Source: Candidatus Bipolaricaulota bacterium (lineage in GTDB: Bacteria; Bipolaricaulota; Bipolaricaulia; UBA7950; UBA9294). From it: a stretch of 44,299 nt of DNA. The notes under the pieces were generated by a model, which saw nothing but the letters and a program-made list of their open reading frames with translations, did not search any database and was not told the origin of the DNA. The position numbers and the translations under genes were made by a program. Positions 17,051 through 25,590 of this stretch are shown here, piece by piece (the first letter of the stretch is position 1; each line of letters starts with the position of its first letter). The stretch is from positions 1 through 44,299 of the forward strand of contig JAGGSO010000091.1 in NCBI GenBank assembly GCA_021159055.1. The letters are read 5' to 3'.

Positions 17051-17898
17051 GACAGCACCTCCTCTGCCGCTTTGCGCATAACATCCAGCGGCGGGTCGAT
17101 CCCGGTCCACAGCCGGAACGCCGCCGCCCCCTGGGAGATGAGCATCCCCAGGCCGGGGATCGTCCGCGCTCCCCCCGCCCGCGCCTGGCGCAGGAGGAGC
17201 GTCTCGACCGGGTTGTACACGAGGTCGAACACGGTGATCCGCGCCGGGATCGGAACCGCGGTGGGCCAGATCGATGCCTCCGCGTTCGGCCACAGCCCGA
17301 CCGGGGTCGCGTTCACCAGAAGATCGGCCTCCTGCGCCGATTCGACTAGCGCCTCCGGGGTGAGCGGCAGCGCCTGAACCCGGTCATCCGTTCCCAGCTC
17401 GGAGATGAGCTTTTCCGCCCGCGCACCCGAGCGGTTGAGGATCAGGATCCGGGCCGCTCCGGCGCCGAGGAGCCCGTGCACGGCCGCCCGGGCCGCTCCG
17501 CCTGCCCCGACGACGACCGCCGCCCTCCCCTCCGGGGAGAACCCGCTCTGGCGCAGGGCGGCGATGAATCCAGCGACATCGGTGTTATGGCCGACGAGCC
17601 GGCCGTCCTCCTCGACCACGATCGTGTTGACGGCATTGATCCGGGCCGCCTCCGGCGATAGCGAATCGAGGAGCGGGACCACCGCCTCCTTGTGCGGCAC
17701 GGTCACGTTCGCCCCGCGGAAGCCGAGCGCGGCCAGGCCGGCGACCGCGGCGGCGAGCGCCTCCGGCCGCACCGGGAGCGGAACGTAGCTCCAGTTGAGC
17801 TTGAGCGCGGCAAACGCGGCGTTGTGCATCGCCGGGGAGCAGGAGTGGGCCACCGGCCAGCCGATCAGCCCGACCAGGCGCGTCCGTCCGTCAATCAT
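17047..17898 (-). CDS. aroE: Shikimate 5-dehydrogenase
   Basis: LIGWPVAHSCSPAMHNAAF substrate motif and the VVGAGGAARA dinucleotide site. The start overlaps the aroA stop by 8 nt. Confidence 0.9.
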   Translation of the reverse strand: MIDGRTRLVGLIGWPVAHSCSPAMHNAAFAALKLNWSYVPLPVRPEALAAAVAGLAALGFRGANVTVPHKEAVVPLLDSLSPEAARINAVNTIVVEEDGRLVGHNTDVAGFIAALRQSGFSPEGRAAVVVGAGGAARAAVHGLLGAGAARILILNRSGARAEKLISELGTDDRVQALPLTPEALVESAQEADLLVNATPVGLWPNAEASIWPTAVPIPARITVFDLVYNPVETLLLRQARAGGARTIPGLGMLISQGAAAFRLWTGIDPPLDVMRKAAEEVLS

Positions 17899-19180
17899 AG
17901 TTTCCTCCCAGGGAGCGCATCAGTCTGACGAACCCGGGGAACGAATCGTCGGCGCATGCGATGTCGTCGATCTCGGTGGTGCCGTCGGCGATCAGCCCGG
18001 CCACCGCCAGGGCCATCCCCAACCGGTGGTCGCCGTGGGACGAGACCGCGGTTCCGTGGAGCGGGGTCGGCCCGTGGACGATGAACCCGTCCGGCCGCGG
18101 CTCGATGCGGGCTCCCAACCGGCGCAGCTCCTCCACCACCGCGGCGATGCGATCGGTCTCCTTGACGCGCAGCTCCCCGGCGTCGCGCACCACGGTGGTC
18201 CCGGCGGCCTGTGTCGCGGCAACCGCCAGGATCGGGAACTCGTCGATCATCCGCACCACGGTCTCCCCTGCAATCTCTACTCCATGAAGCCGCGATGCCT
18301 GCACCCTGAGGTCGGCCACCGGCTCGTTCCCCTCCCGGTGGAATTCCTGCACCTCGATCTCCGCCCCCATCGCGGCGAGGACGTCGAGCAGGCCGGTGCG
18401 GGTGGGATTGATCCCCACCCCGCGCAGCGTGATCCGTGACCCGGGGACGAGCAGCGCCGCGACGAGCGGGAACGCGGCCGAGGAGAAATCACCAGGGACG
18501 GAGATCGGGACAGGGGAGAGCGCAGACGGGGCGATCGTCACCGCGTTACCATCGATTTTTATCTCCGCCCCCATCGCGGCGAGCATCCGCTCGGTGTGAT
18601 CGCGGGCCGGGCCGGGCTGGTGCACGGTCGTCGGGGAGTCGGCGAACAGCCCGGCGAGCAGGATCGCGCTCTTCACCTGCGCGCTCGCGATCGGCATCCG
18701 GTACTCGATCCCGTGCAGTGGTCGGCCGTGCACGGTGAGCGGGGCGTGCCCGTCGCTCGTCTCGATCTCCGCTCCCATCTGCACGAGTGGATCGACGACC
18801 CGTCCCATCGGCCGTCGTCGCAGTTGGGCATCCCCGGTGAGGACGCTGGCGAACGGTTGGCCGGCGAGGATCCCGGTGAGGAGGCGGATCGCGGTTCCGG
18901 CTCGGACGCAGTCGAGCGGGCCGTCCGCCGGAGCGAGCCCGTGCAATCCCCGGCCGTGCACGACGAGCGACGTCGGATCACGAACCTCGACCCCGATCCC
19001 GAGCCGGCGGACGCAACCAAGGGTGGCGTGGGTGTCGTTGCACGGCAGAAACCCGGTGATTTCGAGTTCTCCGTCCGCCAGCGCGCCGAGCAGAAGCGCC
19101 CGGTGGGAGATCGATTTATCCCCGGGGACGCGGGCCTCACCGCGCAGCGGACCGGAGGGGAAGACGCGCAGCCGGCTCAT
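17891..19180 (-). CDS. aroA: 3-phosphoshikimate 1-carboxyvinyltransferase (EPSP synthase)
   Basis: VPGDKSISHRALLLGALA and LRVKETDRIAAV motifs. ATG 19180 overlaps the tyrA stop (ATGA). The track ORF to 19669 is an artefactual extension. Confidence 0.9.
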   Translation of the reverse strand: MSRLRVFPSGPLRGEARVPGDKSISHRALLLGALADGELEITGFLPCNDTHATLGCVRRLGIGVEVRDPTSLVVHGRGLHGLAPADGPLDCVRAGTAIRLLTGILAGQPFASVLTGDAQLRRRPMGRVVDPLVQMGAEIETSDGHAPLTVHGRPLHGIEYRMPIASAQVKSAILLAGLFADSPTTVHQPGPARDHTERMLAAMGAEIKIDGNAVTIAPSALSPVPISVPGDFSSAAFPLVAALLVPGSRITLRGVGINPTRTGLLDVLAAMGAEIEVQEFHREGNEPVADLRVQASRLHGVEIAGETVVRMIDEFPILAVAATQAAGTTVVRDAGELRVKETDRIAAVVEELRRLGARIEPRPDGFIVHGPTPLHGTAVSSHGDHRLGMALAVAGLIADGTTEIDDIACADDSFPGFVRLMRSLGGNYD

Positions 19181-20037
19181 GGGAACATCTCCTTCCGCGT
19201 CGCCCTGATCTCGCTCAGCACCGCTCGCAACCGCCCTTCGTCCCCGGCCCGGACGAGCTCCATCAGAAAGTCCAGCTGGTCGCGGTAGGCAGCCAAGGCA
19301 CCGATGATCGCATCGCGGTTGGTGAGGAGGATGTCGGTCATCATGGTCACGTCGCTCGCCGCGACGCGCGAGGTGTCGCGGAACCCGGTGGCCACGATCT
19401 CCCACGCCGCCGGATCGGCGGAGGTAGTGGCGTCGGCGGTGCGCACGAGCGCGCACGCCAGCAGGTACGGGAGGTGGCTCAGTACCCCGACCAAGCGGTC
19501 GTGGCGGGCGGGCTCGAGGACGAGCGGTTGGGCACCGATCGCCGCAACTAACTCCTTTCCCAGCGCGAGCGCATCCGGCGCGGTGCGGGGAAGCGGGGTG
19601 AGGATGAACGTCTTCCCTTGGTACAGCCTTGGATCGGCAGCGGTGATCCCGGAGAGCTCCTTGCCGCACATCGGGTGCCCGCCCAGCGGTTGGACGTGCG
19701 GCGGGAGCTCGGCCATCGCGCTCACGATATCGGTCTTGGTGCTCCCCAGGTCGAGGAGGAGGGCACCGGCGGGAAGGAGCGGGCCGATGCTGCGCGCAAG
19801 CTCGATGATCGTCCGCACCGGCGTCGCGAGGATCGCGATGTCGGCGTCGCCCACCCCGTCCGCGAGCTCGGTCGTCCCCTCATCGATCAGCCGGTGGGCG
19901 CGGGCCTCCGTGAGGGTCTCGTCCCGCCGTGCCACCCCGACCACGGCGCGGCACTTCCCGCGCAGCGCCCCGGCGAGGGATCCCCCCATCAACCCGAGCC
20001 CGACGATCGCCACCTGGGAATTCGCAAGTGCCTTCAT
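19177..20037 (-). CDS. tyrA: Prephenate (or arogenate) dehydrogenase
   Basis: Rossmann motif [14 protein letters not shown] and the catalytic-His region GGHPMCG. ATG 20037 overlaps the DAHP synthase stop (ATGA). The track ORF to 20973 is an extension. Confidence 0.88.
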   Translation of the reverse strand: MKALANSQVAIVGLGLMGGSLAGALRGKCRAVVGVARRDETLTEARAHRLIDEGTTELADGVGDADIAILATPVRTIIELARSIGPLLPAGALLLDLGSTKTDIVSAMAELPPHVQPLGGHPMCGKELSGITAADPRLYQGKTFILTPLPRTAPDALALGKELVAAIGAQPLVLEPARHDRLVGVLSHLPYLLACALVRTADATTSADPAAWEIVATGFRDTSRVAASDVTMMTDILLTNRDAIIGALAAYRDQLDFLMELVRAGDEGRLRAVLSEIRATRKEMFP

Positions 20038-21047
20038 AGCGTCCTTCCCACCGCTTCGGCCACCGGGCGCAGCTCCTGCATCAGCGCGGCGAACCGGGCC
20101 GGCTTGAGGGACTGCGCTCCGTCCGACAGCGCCTCCTCTGGATGGGGATGGACCTCGATGATCAGGCCGTCCGCCCCGGCGGCGATCGCCGCCTTGGAGA
20201 CCGGACCGACCAGCTCCCATTTGCCGGTCCCGTGGCTCGGATCGACCACGACCGGCAGGTGGGTGAGCTGCTTGAGGAGCGGGACGGCGTTGATGTCGAC
20301 GGTGTTGCGGGTGTACGGCTCGAACGTGCGGATCCCTCGCTCGCACAGGACGATCCGCTCGTTCCCGTGGGAGAGGATGTACTCGGCCGCCATCAGCAGC
20401 TCCTCGATCGTGGACATCATCCCCCGCTTCAGCAGGACCGGGCGCTGCGCCTCGCCCACCGCGTGCAAAAGCGCGTAGTTCTGCATGTTGCGTGCCCCGA
20501 TCTGGAGGATGTCGGCGTAGGTGCTGACGAGCGGGACCATCTCCGGGGCCATCACCTCGGTGACGACCGGCAGCCCCGTCTCCTCGCGCGCCGCCGCCAG
20601 CAGGCGCAGCCCCTCCACCCCCAGTCCCTGGAAGCTGTACGGGGAGGTGCGCGGCTTGAACGCGCCGCCGCGCAGGACCTTGGCCCCCGCCCCTTTGACC
20701 GCCCGCGCCGCTTCCAGGATCTGATCGCGATTTTCCACCGCGCACGGACCGGCCATCACCACTATCTCGTCTCCGCCGATCCTCACTCCGTTTACCTTCA
20801 CGACCGTGTCTTGGGGATGGAACTCCCGGCTCGCCAGCTTGAACGGCCGCAGGACCGGGACGACTCGCTCCACTCCGCTCATCCGCTCGAACTGGATAGG
20901 ATCGAGCGGCCTGCCGTTCCCGATTACCCCGATAATCATCCGTTCTTCCCCTTCCGAGATGTGCACCCGGCACCCCCGCTGCTCGACCCGGGCGATCACG
21001 TTCTTAATCTGGGCTTCTGTTGCTCCATGTTGCATGATGACGATCAT
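20034..21047 (-). CDS. aroF: 3-deoxy-7-phosphoheptulonate (DAHP) synthase, type I-beta, with an N-terminal ferredoxin-like regulatory domain
   Basis: A KDO8PS-like core ([23 protein letters not shown]) is preceded by a ~65-aa ACT/ferredoxin-like domain, as in the Thermotoga-type enzyme. Confidence 0.88.
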   Translation of the reverse strand: MIVIMQHGATEAQIKNVIARVEQRGCRVHISEGEERMIIGVIGNGRPLDPIQFERMSGVERVVPVLRPFKLASREFHPQDTVVKVNGVRIGGDEIVVMAGPCAVENRDQILEAARAVKGAGAKVLRGGAFKPRTSPYSFQGLGVEGLRLLAAAREETGLPVVTEVMAPEMVPLVSTYADILQIGARNMQNYALLHAVGEAQRPVLLKRGMMSTIEELLMAAEYILSHGNERIVLCERGIRTFEPYTRNTVDINAVPLLKQLTHLPVVVDPSHGTGKWELVGPVSKAAIAAGADGLIIEVHPHPEEALSDGAQSLKPARFAALMQELRPVAEAVGRTL

Positions 21048-21898
21048 CCTTCCACCTCCTGCTGGGGATCATCCCCGATCGGGGTCGTCGCCGCCGGATA
21101 GGACCCGAGGAGCTTGAGGAACAGGGAGCGACGCAGCAACCCCATCATCGCCGCCTCGCACTCCTGGTCCTTGACATGGCCCTCGAAATCGAGGTAGAAG
21201 ATGTACTGCCACGGCCGGTTGAGGCGCGGGCGCGACTCGATCTTGGTCAGGTTGATCCCCCGGCGCGCGAACTCGCCGATGCACTCGTACAGCGCGCCGG
21301 GCTGATGCGGGGTCGTGAAGACGATCGAGGTCTTGTTCCGTTGCGCCCGCGGTGGATCCTCGGTCCCAAGGAGGAAGAACCGAGTGTAGTTGAACGGGTA
21401 GTCCTCGATGTCCCGATCGATGATCTCCAACCCCGCGATCTCCGCGGCGAGGGCGCTGGCGATCACCGCCACCCCTGGCTCCGGGGCCTCCGCAAGGGAG
21501 ACGGCGCTCGCCGCTGTGTCTTCGGTCGCCTCCGGGATGAACCCGTGCCGCTTGATATAGCGCTGACATTGGGAGAGCGCTTGCGGATGAGAGCGGACTC
21601 GCCGTACCTCGGCGAGCTTCGTCCCTGTCGGGGCGAGGAGCATGTGACGCACGCGGAGGATCACTTCGGCGTAGATGCGCAGGTCGTGCTCCATCAGAAG
21701 CTCATATGACTGAGCGACCGACCCGGCGACCGCGTTCTCCACCGGGAGCATCGCGTAGTCCGCGTCGCCCTGTTCCACGGCGATGAACAGATCAGCGAAC
21801 GTATCGCACGGAACAGGATCGGCATCTGCCCCGAAGAACTTCTCGATCGCCTCCGCGGAGTACGCCCCCGGTGCACCTTGAAACGCCACCTTCTTCAT
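21044..21898 (-). CDS. pheA: Prephenate dehydratase with a C-terminal ACT domain
   Basis: [22 protein letters not shown] and the ACT-domain motif [15 protein letters not shown] overlaps are present at both ends. Confidence 0.9.
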   Translation of the reverse strand: MKKVAFQGAPGAYSAEAIEKFFGADADPVPCDTFADLFIAVEQGDADYAMLPVENAVAGSVAQSYELLMEHDLRIYAEVILRVRHMLLAPTGTKLAEVRRVRSHPQALSQCQRYIKRHGFIPEATEDTAASAVSLAEAPEPGVAVIASALAAEIAGLEIIDRDIEDYPFNYTRFFLLGTEDPPRAQRNKTSIVFTTPHQPGALYECIGEFARRGINLTKIESRPRLNRPWQYIFYLDFEGHVKDQECEAAMMGLLRRSLFLKLLGSYPAATTPIGDDPQQEVEG

Positions 21899-22269
21899 CC
21901 TCCCTCCTTCCCGGCCATGTCCGGCCGCAATCGAACAGCATCTCCAAGGTAAACGTGCTTGATTCGCTCAGCTGATCGGTCCGTATTCCACAGGACGAGA
22001 ACCCGAATGCAGCGGGGAAGACTCCCGCGCACCGCCATCTCTTGCATGCACAGAAGCGGCACCCTACTCCACCCCATCTCCCGGGCGGCGCGCGCCGGGT
22101 ACTCGGCATCGAGATCGTCGGTGGCGGTGAAAACGACGCTGGCTATATCAGAGACTGCCATATCATTCGCCGCTACTATCCGCTCCAACAACTCCCGCGT
22201 CGCCGTGACGATGCTCTCCGGATCATTCGCTTCCACGCTCGTCGCTCCGCGTACACCACGGCAGCTCAT
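21895..22269 (-). CDS. aroH: Chorismate mutase, AroH class
   Basis: MSCRGVRGATSVEAN aligns to B. subtilis AroH MMIRGIRGATTVE. SD AGGAGG lies 4-5 nt upstream of ATG 22269. The track ORF starts 18 codons earlier (see findings). Confidence 0.85.
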   Translation of the reverse strand: MSCRGVRGATSVEANDPESIVTATRELLERIVAANDMAVSDIASVVFTATDDLDAEYPARAAREMGWSRVPLLCMQEMAVRGSLPRCIRVLVLWNTDRSAERIKHVYLGDAVRLRPDMAGKEGG

Positions 22270-22283
22270 CTTTCCTCCTTTCC

Positions 22284-22314
22284 AAAAAAATACGACCACA
22301 GGATTTCCCTGTAG
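22284..22314 (-). terminator. Intrinsic terminator/attenuator-like hairpin directly upstream of the aroH SD
   Basis: On the minus strand, CUACAGG-GAAAU-CCUGUGG (7 bp including one GU), then UCGUA and U7 (22290-22284). The aroH SD starts 3 nt after the U-run. Confidence 0.5.
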
Positions 22315-22325
22315 CCGTCTCATGA

Positions 22326-22375
22326 CTTTTCCGTCCGCGGACCCTAGTGCTAATTGCTAGGCACGGGCGGAAAAG
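22326..22375 (-). promoter_or_regulatory. 50-nt extended hairpin in the MFS-aroH intergenic leader
   Basis: Outer arms CUUUUCCGCCCG / CGGACGGAAAAG (11 of 12 paired on the minus-strand RNA) plus an inner CCUAG/CUAGG stem. Function unknown. Confidence 0.4.
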
Positions 22376-22411
22376 CCGTTGCTAAACCGATAATAAAAGC
22401 CAAAGGAGACG

Positions 22412-23698
22412 TCAGTGATCAAACTCGTGCGGGCAAGAATCTCCTTTGGCCTCATCATCATGTCTGCCAGTATAGAGAGAATCACCCGGCATGTCAATAC
22501 CTGGGCCGCGGTCTCCGGTGACGGCGAACCCAGCGGCGGCGATCAGCCCGAGCCCGGCGATCGCTCCCCACAGGATCATCGGCGTATGCGCAAATGCGTC
22601 GAACAGAAATCCACCGATGAACGGCCCGGCCGACCAGCCGAGGGACTCGGCGAGGCCGAAGAAGCCCATGTACCTGCCGGTCCGATCCGGCGGGGACATG
22701 TTCGCCACCGCGGTGGTGGCGCTCGGGGAGAACAGGACCTCGCCTGTGGTGATCACGATCATCAGCAGGAGGAGGATCGCATAGGAATGGGCGAGCCCGA
22801 CGAAGAAGTACCCGCCGGCGAAGAACAGGCTCCCTGCGATCAACGCACGGCGGATTCCCACTCGGCGTGCGACCCGCGCCGCCGGCCACTGGAGCAGTAC
22901 GACCACGATCCCGTTCAGGGTGTAAAGGAACCCGAGCTGAACATCGGTGATCCCGACGATCGTGGTGGAAAAGACCGAAAGGGTGCTGGCGAACTGTCCC
23001 ATGACGAGGAACAGCGACAGGCTGAACAGGCAGAACAGAAGAAACTTTCGATCTCGTCCTGCCGCGAGGACCTGGCGGAGCACAAATCGCTCCGTCTCCC
23101 GCGTCTTGATCGACTCGGTGGTGAAAAGGAGGATCAGGACCATCCCGATGCCGGTCGCTGCCGCAGTGAGGACGAACAAAAGCGAGTAGGAGATCGAGAT
23201 CAAGAACCCGCCCAATGCCGGGCCGATCGCCCAGCCTGCGTTTCCGCCGATCCGCAGCACCCCGAACGCCTCCACCCGTCGGGCCGCCGGGACGATGTCG
23301 GCGACCATCGCGCTCAGCGCCGGTTGGCTCACCGCACCGGCGAACCTGACGAGGAGGAATATCAACGCGAGGACGAGGTAATTGGCTTTGATGTAGACCA
23401 GTCCGGCCATCCCGAGGAAGAGCAAGGTCCGTATCCCCAGGGTGGAGGCGATGAGGGGCCGGCGCCCGAGCCGATCCGATAGCTCACCTCCGATGATCCG
23501 GCCAGCGGCGCTCACTCCGGCGGAGACGAGCATGATCGTCCCCACGATCCGCATCGGCACTCCGAGAACCCGGTAGAAATACAGGCTGACGAATGGCATC
23601 GCCGCCCCAAATCCGGCGGATACAATCATCTGAACAACGAACAGCGTCCACAAGCGGCGGTCGTACCCCGCAACCAGTGTGCGCAGCCGGGCGATCAT
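22412..23698 (-). CDS. MFS transporter
   Basis: About 12 predicted TM segments, with a GELSDRLGRRP loop motif between TM2 and TM3 that is typical of MFS proteins. Confidence 0.85.
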   Translation of the reverse strand: MIARLRTLVAGYDRRLWTLFVVQMIVSAGFGAAMPFVSLYFYRVLGVPMRIVGTIMLVSAGVSAAGRIIGGELSDRLGRRPLIASTLGIRTLLFLGMAGLVYIKANYLVLALIFLLVRFAGAVSQPALSAMVADIVPAARRVEAFGVLRIGGNAGWAIGPALGGFLISISYSLLFVLTAAATGIGMVLILLFTTESIKTRETERFVLRQVLAAGRDRKFLLFCLFSLSLFLVMGQFASTLSVFSTTIVGITDVQLGFLYTLNGIVVVLLQWPAARVARRVGIRRALIAGSLFFAGGYFFVGLAHSYAILLLLMIVITTGEVLFSPSATTAVANMSPPDRTGRYMGFFGLAESLGWSAGPFIGGFLFDAFAHTPMILWGAIAGLGLIAAAGFAVTGDRGPGIDMPGDSLYTGRHDDEAKGDSCPHEFDH

Positions 23699-23700
23699 GA

Positions 23701-24402
23701 TCAGCCCCCGAACAGGTGGAACAGGACCGCGAGCGCAGGAGCGACCGCCAACGCGGGGAGGAGGTTGCCCGCCTTGAGATCCCGCAGGTCGAGGAGCTTG
23801 AACGCCAACGCAAGCAGGATGGCACCGCCGACAGCGTCCAGCTCAGCGAGCGGTGGCGCGGTGGCGGAGATGGTCGCTCCGGCGAAGAATCGCGCCGCCA
23901 GGCTCACTCCGCCCTGGTACACGAGGATCACCAGAACGGAGAAGAACACCCCCGGTCCGAGCCCGGCGACGAGGATCACCGACGAGATCCCGTCCATCAC
24001 CGACTTGATCCCGAGAAGCTGCCAGTCGCCGTACAACCCATCCCGCAGCGCCCCGATCAGCGAGAGCGGTCCGACGCAGAAGAGGAGGCTGGCTGTCACG
24101 AACCCCTGCGGGATCGTCCCGTGCGCGAGCGTGGGGAAGCGACGCTCGATCGCCCTTCCCAGGTTCGCCAGCCGGTCCTCAAGCGAGAGCAGCGTTCCGA
24201 TTCCACCGCCGATGATGAGGGAAAGGAGAAGGACGAGCACGTTCTGCGTCTCCAGTGCAAGCTTGATTCCAAGAACGATGGTGACGAGCCCGATCGCAGT
24301 AGTGGAAAAGCCGCTCAACCGATCGGAAATCCTCCGTCCGACGAGGAGACCGATCGCGCTCCCGAGGAGCACCGTACCTATGTTTATCCACGTCCCGATC
24401 AT
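23701..24402 (-). CDS. DUF554-family membrane protein (YqgA/YdfK-like)
   Basis: MIGTWINIGTVLLGSAIGLLVGRRI... and the overall hydrophobic profile match DUF554. The gene ends 2 nt before the MFS start. Confidence 0.75.
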   Translation of the reverse strand: MIGTWINIGTVLLGSAIGLLVGRRISDRLSGFSTTAIGLVTIVLGIKLALETQNVLVLLLSLIIGGGIGTLLSLEDRLANLGRAIERRFPTLAHGTIPQGFVTASLLFCVGPLSLIGALRDGLYGDWQLLGIKSVMDGISSVILVAGLGPGVFFSVLVILVYQGGVSLAARFFAGATISATAPPLAELDAVGGAILLALAFKLLDLRDLKAGNLLPALAVAPALAVLFHLFGG

Positions 24403-24547
24403 GCGGCAATCCTATCCGCCGCTTCGGTCCAGTACAACCCCGATCGCCGACGAAAAAACGGGTGGTGCAGCGTGCTTTGCTAACTTTGTAAATGACCGGC
24501 AAATTGGGGAATAATCTCCCGTAATCTACCCCACGGGAGGATGGAGC

Positions 24548-25435
24548 ATGGATGAATACTTCGACGTGCTCGCGATCGGGCATGTGGCGAAAGACCGCAA
24601 TATTGTAGGAGAGAAGAGCGAGATCGCCGCTGGTGGAGCAGTCTACTACGGCGGGATGGTCCTCCTTAGGCTCGGACTCCGCGTGGCGGTGATGACCCGC
24701 TTGGCGAAGGAGGACTTCGATATTCTGGACGAACTCAAGGAGGCAGGGGCTAAGATCTACGCATCGCCTGCACCCCAGACCTCAGGGATCGAGAATTTTC
24801 ACCCTGATCCGAATTCGGACAGGCGAATATGCCGCCTCTTGGGGTTTGCCGGGCCGTTCCGGATCGCTGACATCCCTCCTGTAAGAGCGCGGATCTACTA
24901 TATCGGCACGGTCGTTCCCGGCGAGGAGGACCTGCCGTTCATCAAGGAGATCGCCTCCCGTGGACCGATCGCCCTTGATCCGCAAGGGCACATGCGCAAG
25001 GAGATGGGGGAAGAGCTCATAAGCAATGGCTGGCCCCAGGCGAGGGAAGTGATTCCGCTCGTCCATTACCTCAAGGTCGATGATCGGGAAGCGGCTGCTC
25101 TCACCGGTGAACAGGATCGATTTAAGGCCGCGGAGGTGCTGCGAAGCTGGGGAGCGAAGGAAGTGGTCCTCACTCATCGAACAGGGGTGCTTGTGAACGC
25201 CGGGAATGAAGTGGTCGAGGCCCCGTTCCGGCCTAAGTCCCTTGCCGGACGAACCGGACGGGGAGACACCTGCTTTTCCTCCTACTTTGGGAGGAGGCTT
25301 CTCGGGGACTCCCCCGCAGCCGCAGCCCGGTTCGCCGCTGCCCTCACCACCATCAAGCTCGAGCGCCCGGGACCGTTTCGGGGGTCTTTGGAGGAAGTCG
25401 AAGCCCGCATGCGGGAGGAAATTCCTCCGCGCTGA
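24548..25435 (+). CDS. PfkB-family (ribokinase-like) carbohydrate/metabolite kinase
   Basis: N-terminal VLAIGHVAKD...GGAVYYGG and a C-terminal GRTGRGDTCFSSYF motif (the PfkB anion hole, DT[AC]GAGD-like). Substrate unknown. Confidence 0.8.
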   Translation: MDEYFDVLAIGHVAKDRNIVGEKSEIAAGGAVYYGGMVLLRLGLRVAVMTRLAKEDFDILDELKEAGAKIYASPAPQTSGIENFHPDPNSDRRICRLLGFAGPFRIADIPPVRARIYYIGTVVPGEEDLPFIKEIASRGPIALDPQGHMRKEMGEELISNGWPQAREVIPLVHYLKVDDREAAALTGEQDRFKAAEVLRSWGAKEVVLTHRTGVLVNAGNEVVEAPFRPKSLAGRTGRGDTCFSSYFGRRLLGDSPAAAARFAAALTTIKLERPGPFRGSLEEVEARMREEIPPR

Positions 25436-25451
25436 GGCAGGGATCAAGGAG

Positions 25452-25480
25452 TTGTCACGTTCGACCGCGAGGCGTATAAT
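25452..25480 (+). promoter_or_regulatory. Near-consensus sigma70 promoter of the ABC importer operon
   Basis: TTGTCA (25452-25457) - 17 nt - TATAAT (25475-25480). The perfect palindrome TTTGCGCAAA follows at 25484-25493. Confidence 0.65.
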
Positions 25481-25590
25481 GAGTTTGCGCAAACGCTAGC
25501 AGTTCGCAAAAGGGGGTGGTCACCGAACAACAGTCTTTCGCAGCGCAGATACAAGAGGAAACTGAGCGACAAAACGAAGGAGGCTGAAAG

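Noticed and set aside
17051-17293. N-terminal extensions of the track ORFs for aroC (to 17293), aroA (to 19669), tyrA (to 20973), the Eis-like gene (from 31500), wtpB, wtpC, moaC, moaD and moeA
   Set aside because: The extensions lie inside the upstream genes in another frame and are low-complexity. Internal ATGs give family-typical N-termini and ATGA-type coupling to the preceding stop.
22415-23482. 355-aa plus-strand ORF with an apparently good SD (AAAGGAG-6 nt-GTG)
   Set aside because: It is entirely antisense to the MFS transporter. Its translation is a charged, low-complexity string (E/D/R/P/G). The SD-like string is more plausibly part of the minus-strand aro leader.
24506-24539. H-type pseudoknot (GGGG:CCCC crossing CUCCCG:CGGGAG) as a small riboswitch
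   Set aside because: The loop geometry is implausible, with a 1-nt loop having to cross a 4-bp stem and a 7-nt junction. It is treated as alternative hairpins instead.
25481-25590. TPP or other known riboswitch in the leader of the Fe3+/thiamine-class ABC operon
   Set aside because: CUGAGC and GGGGGUGG strings are present, but in the wrong order and spacing for the THI-box. No ACCUGAUCUGGAUAAUGCCAGCG-like segment is present.
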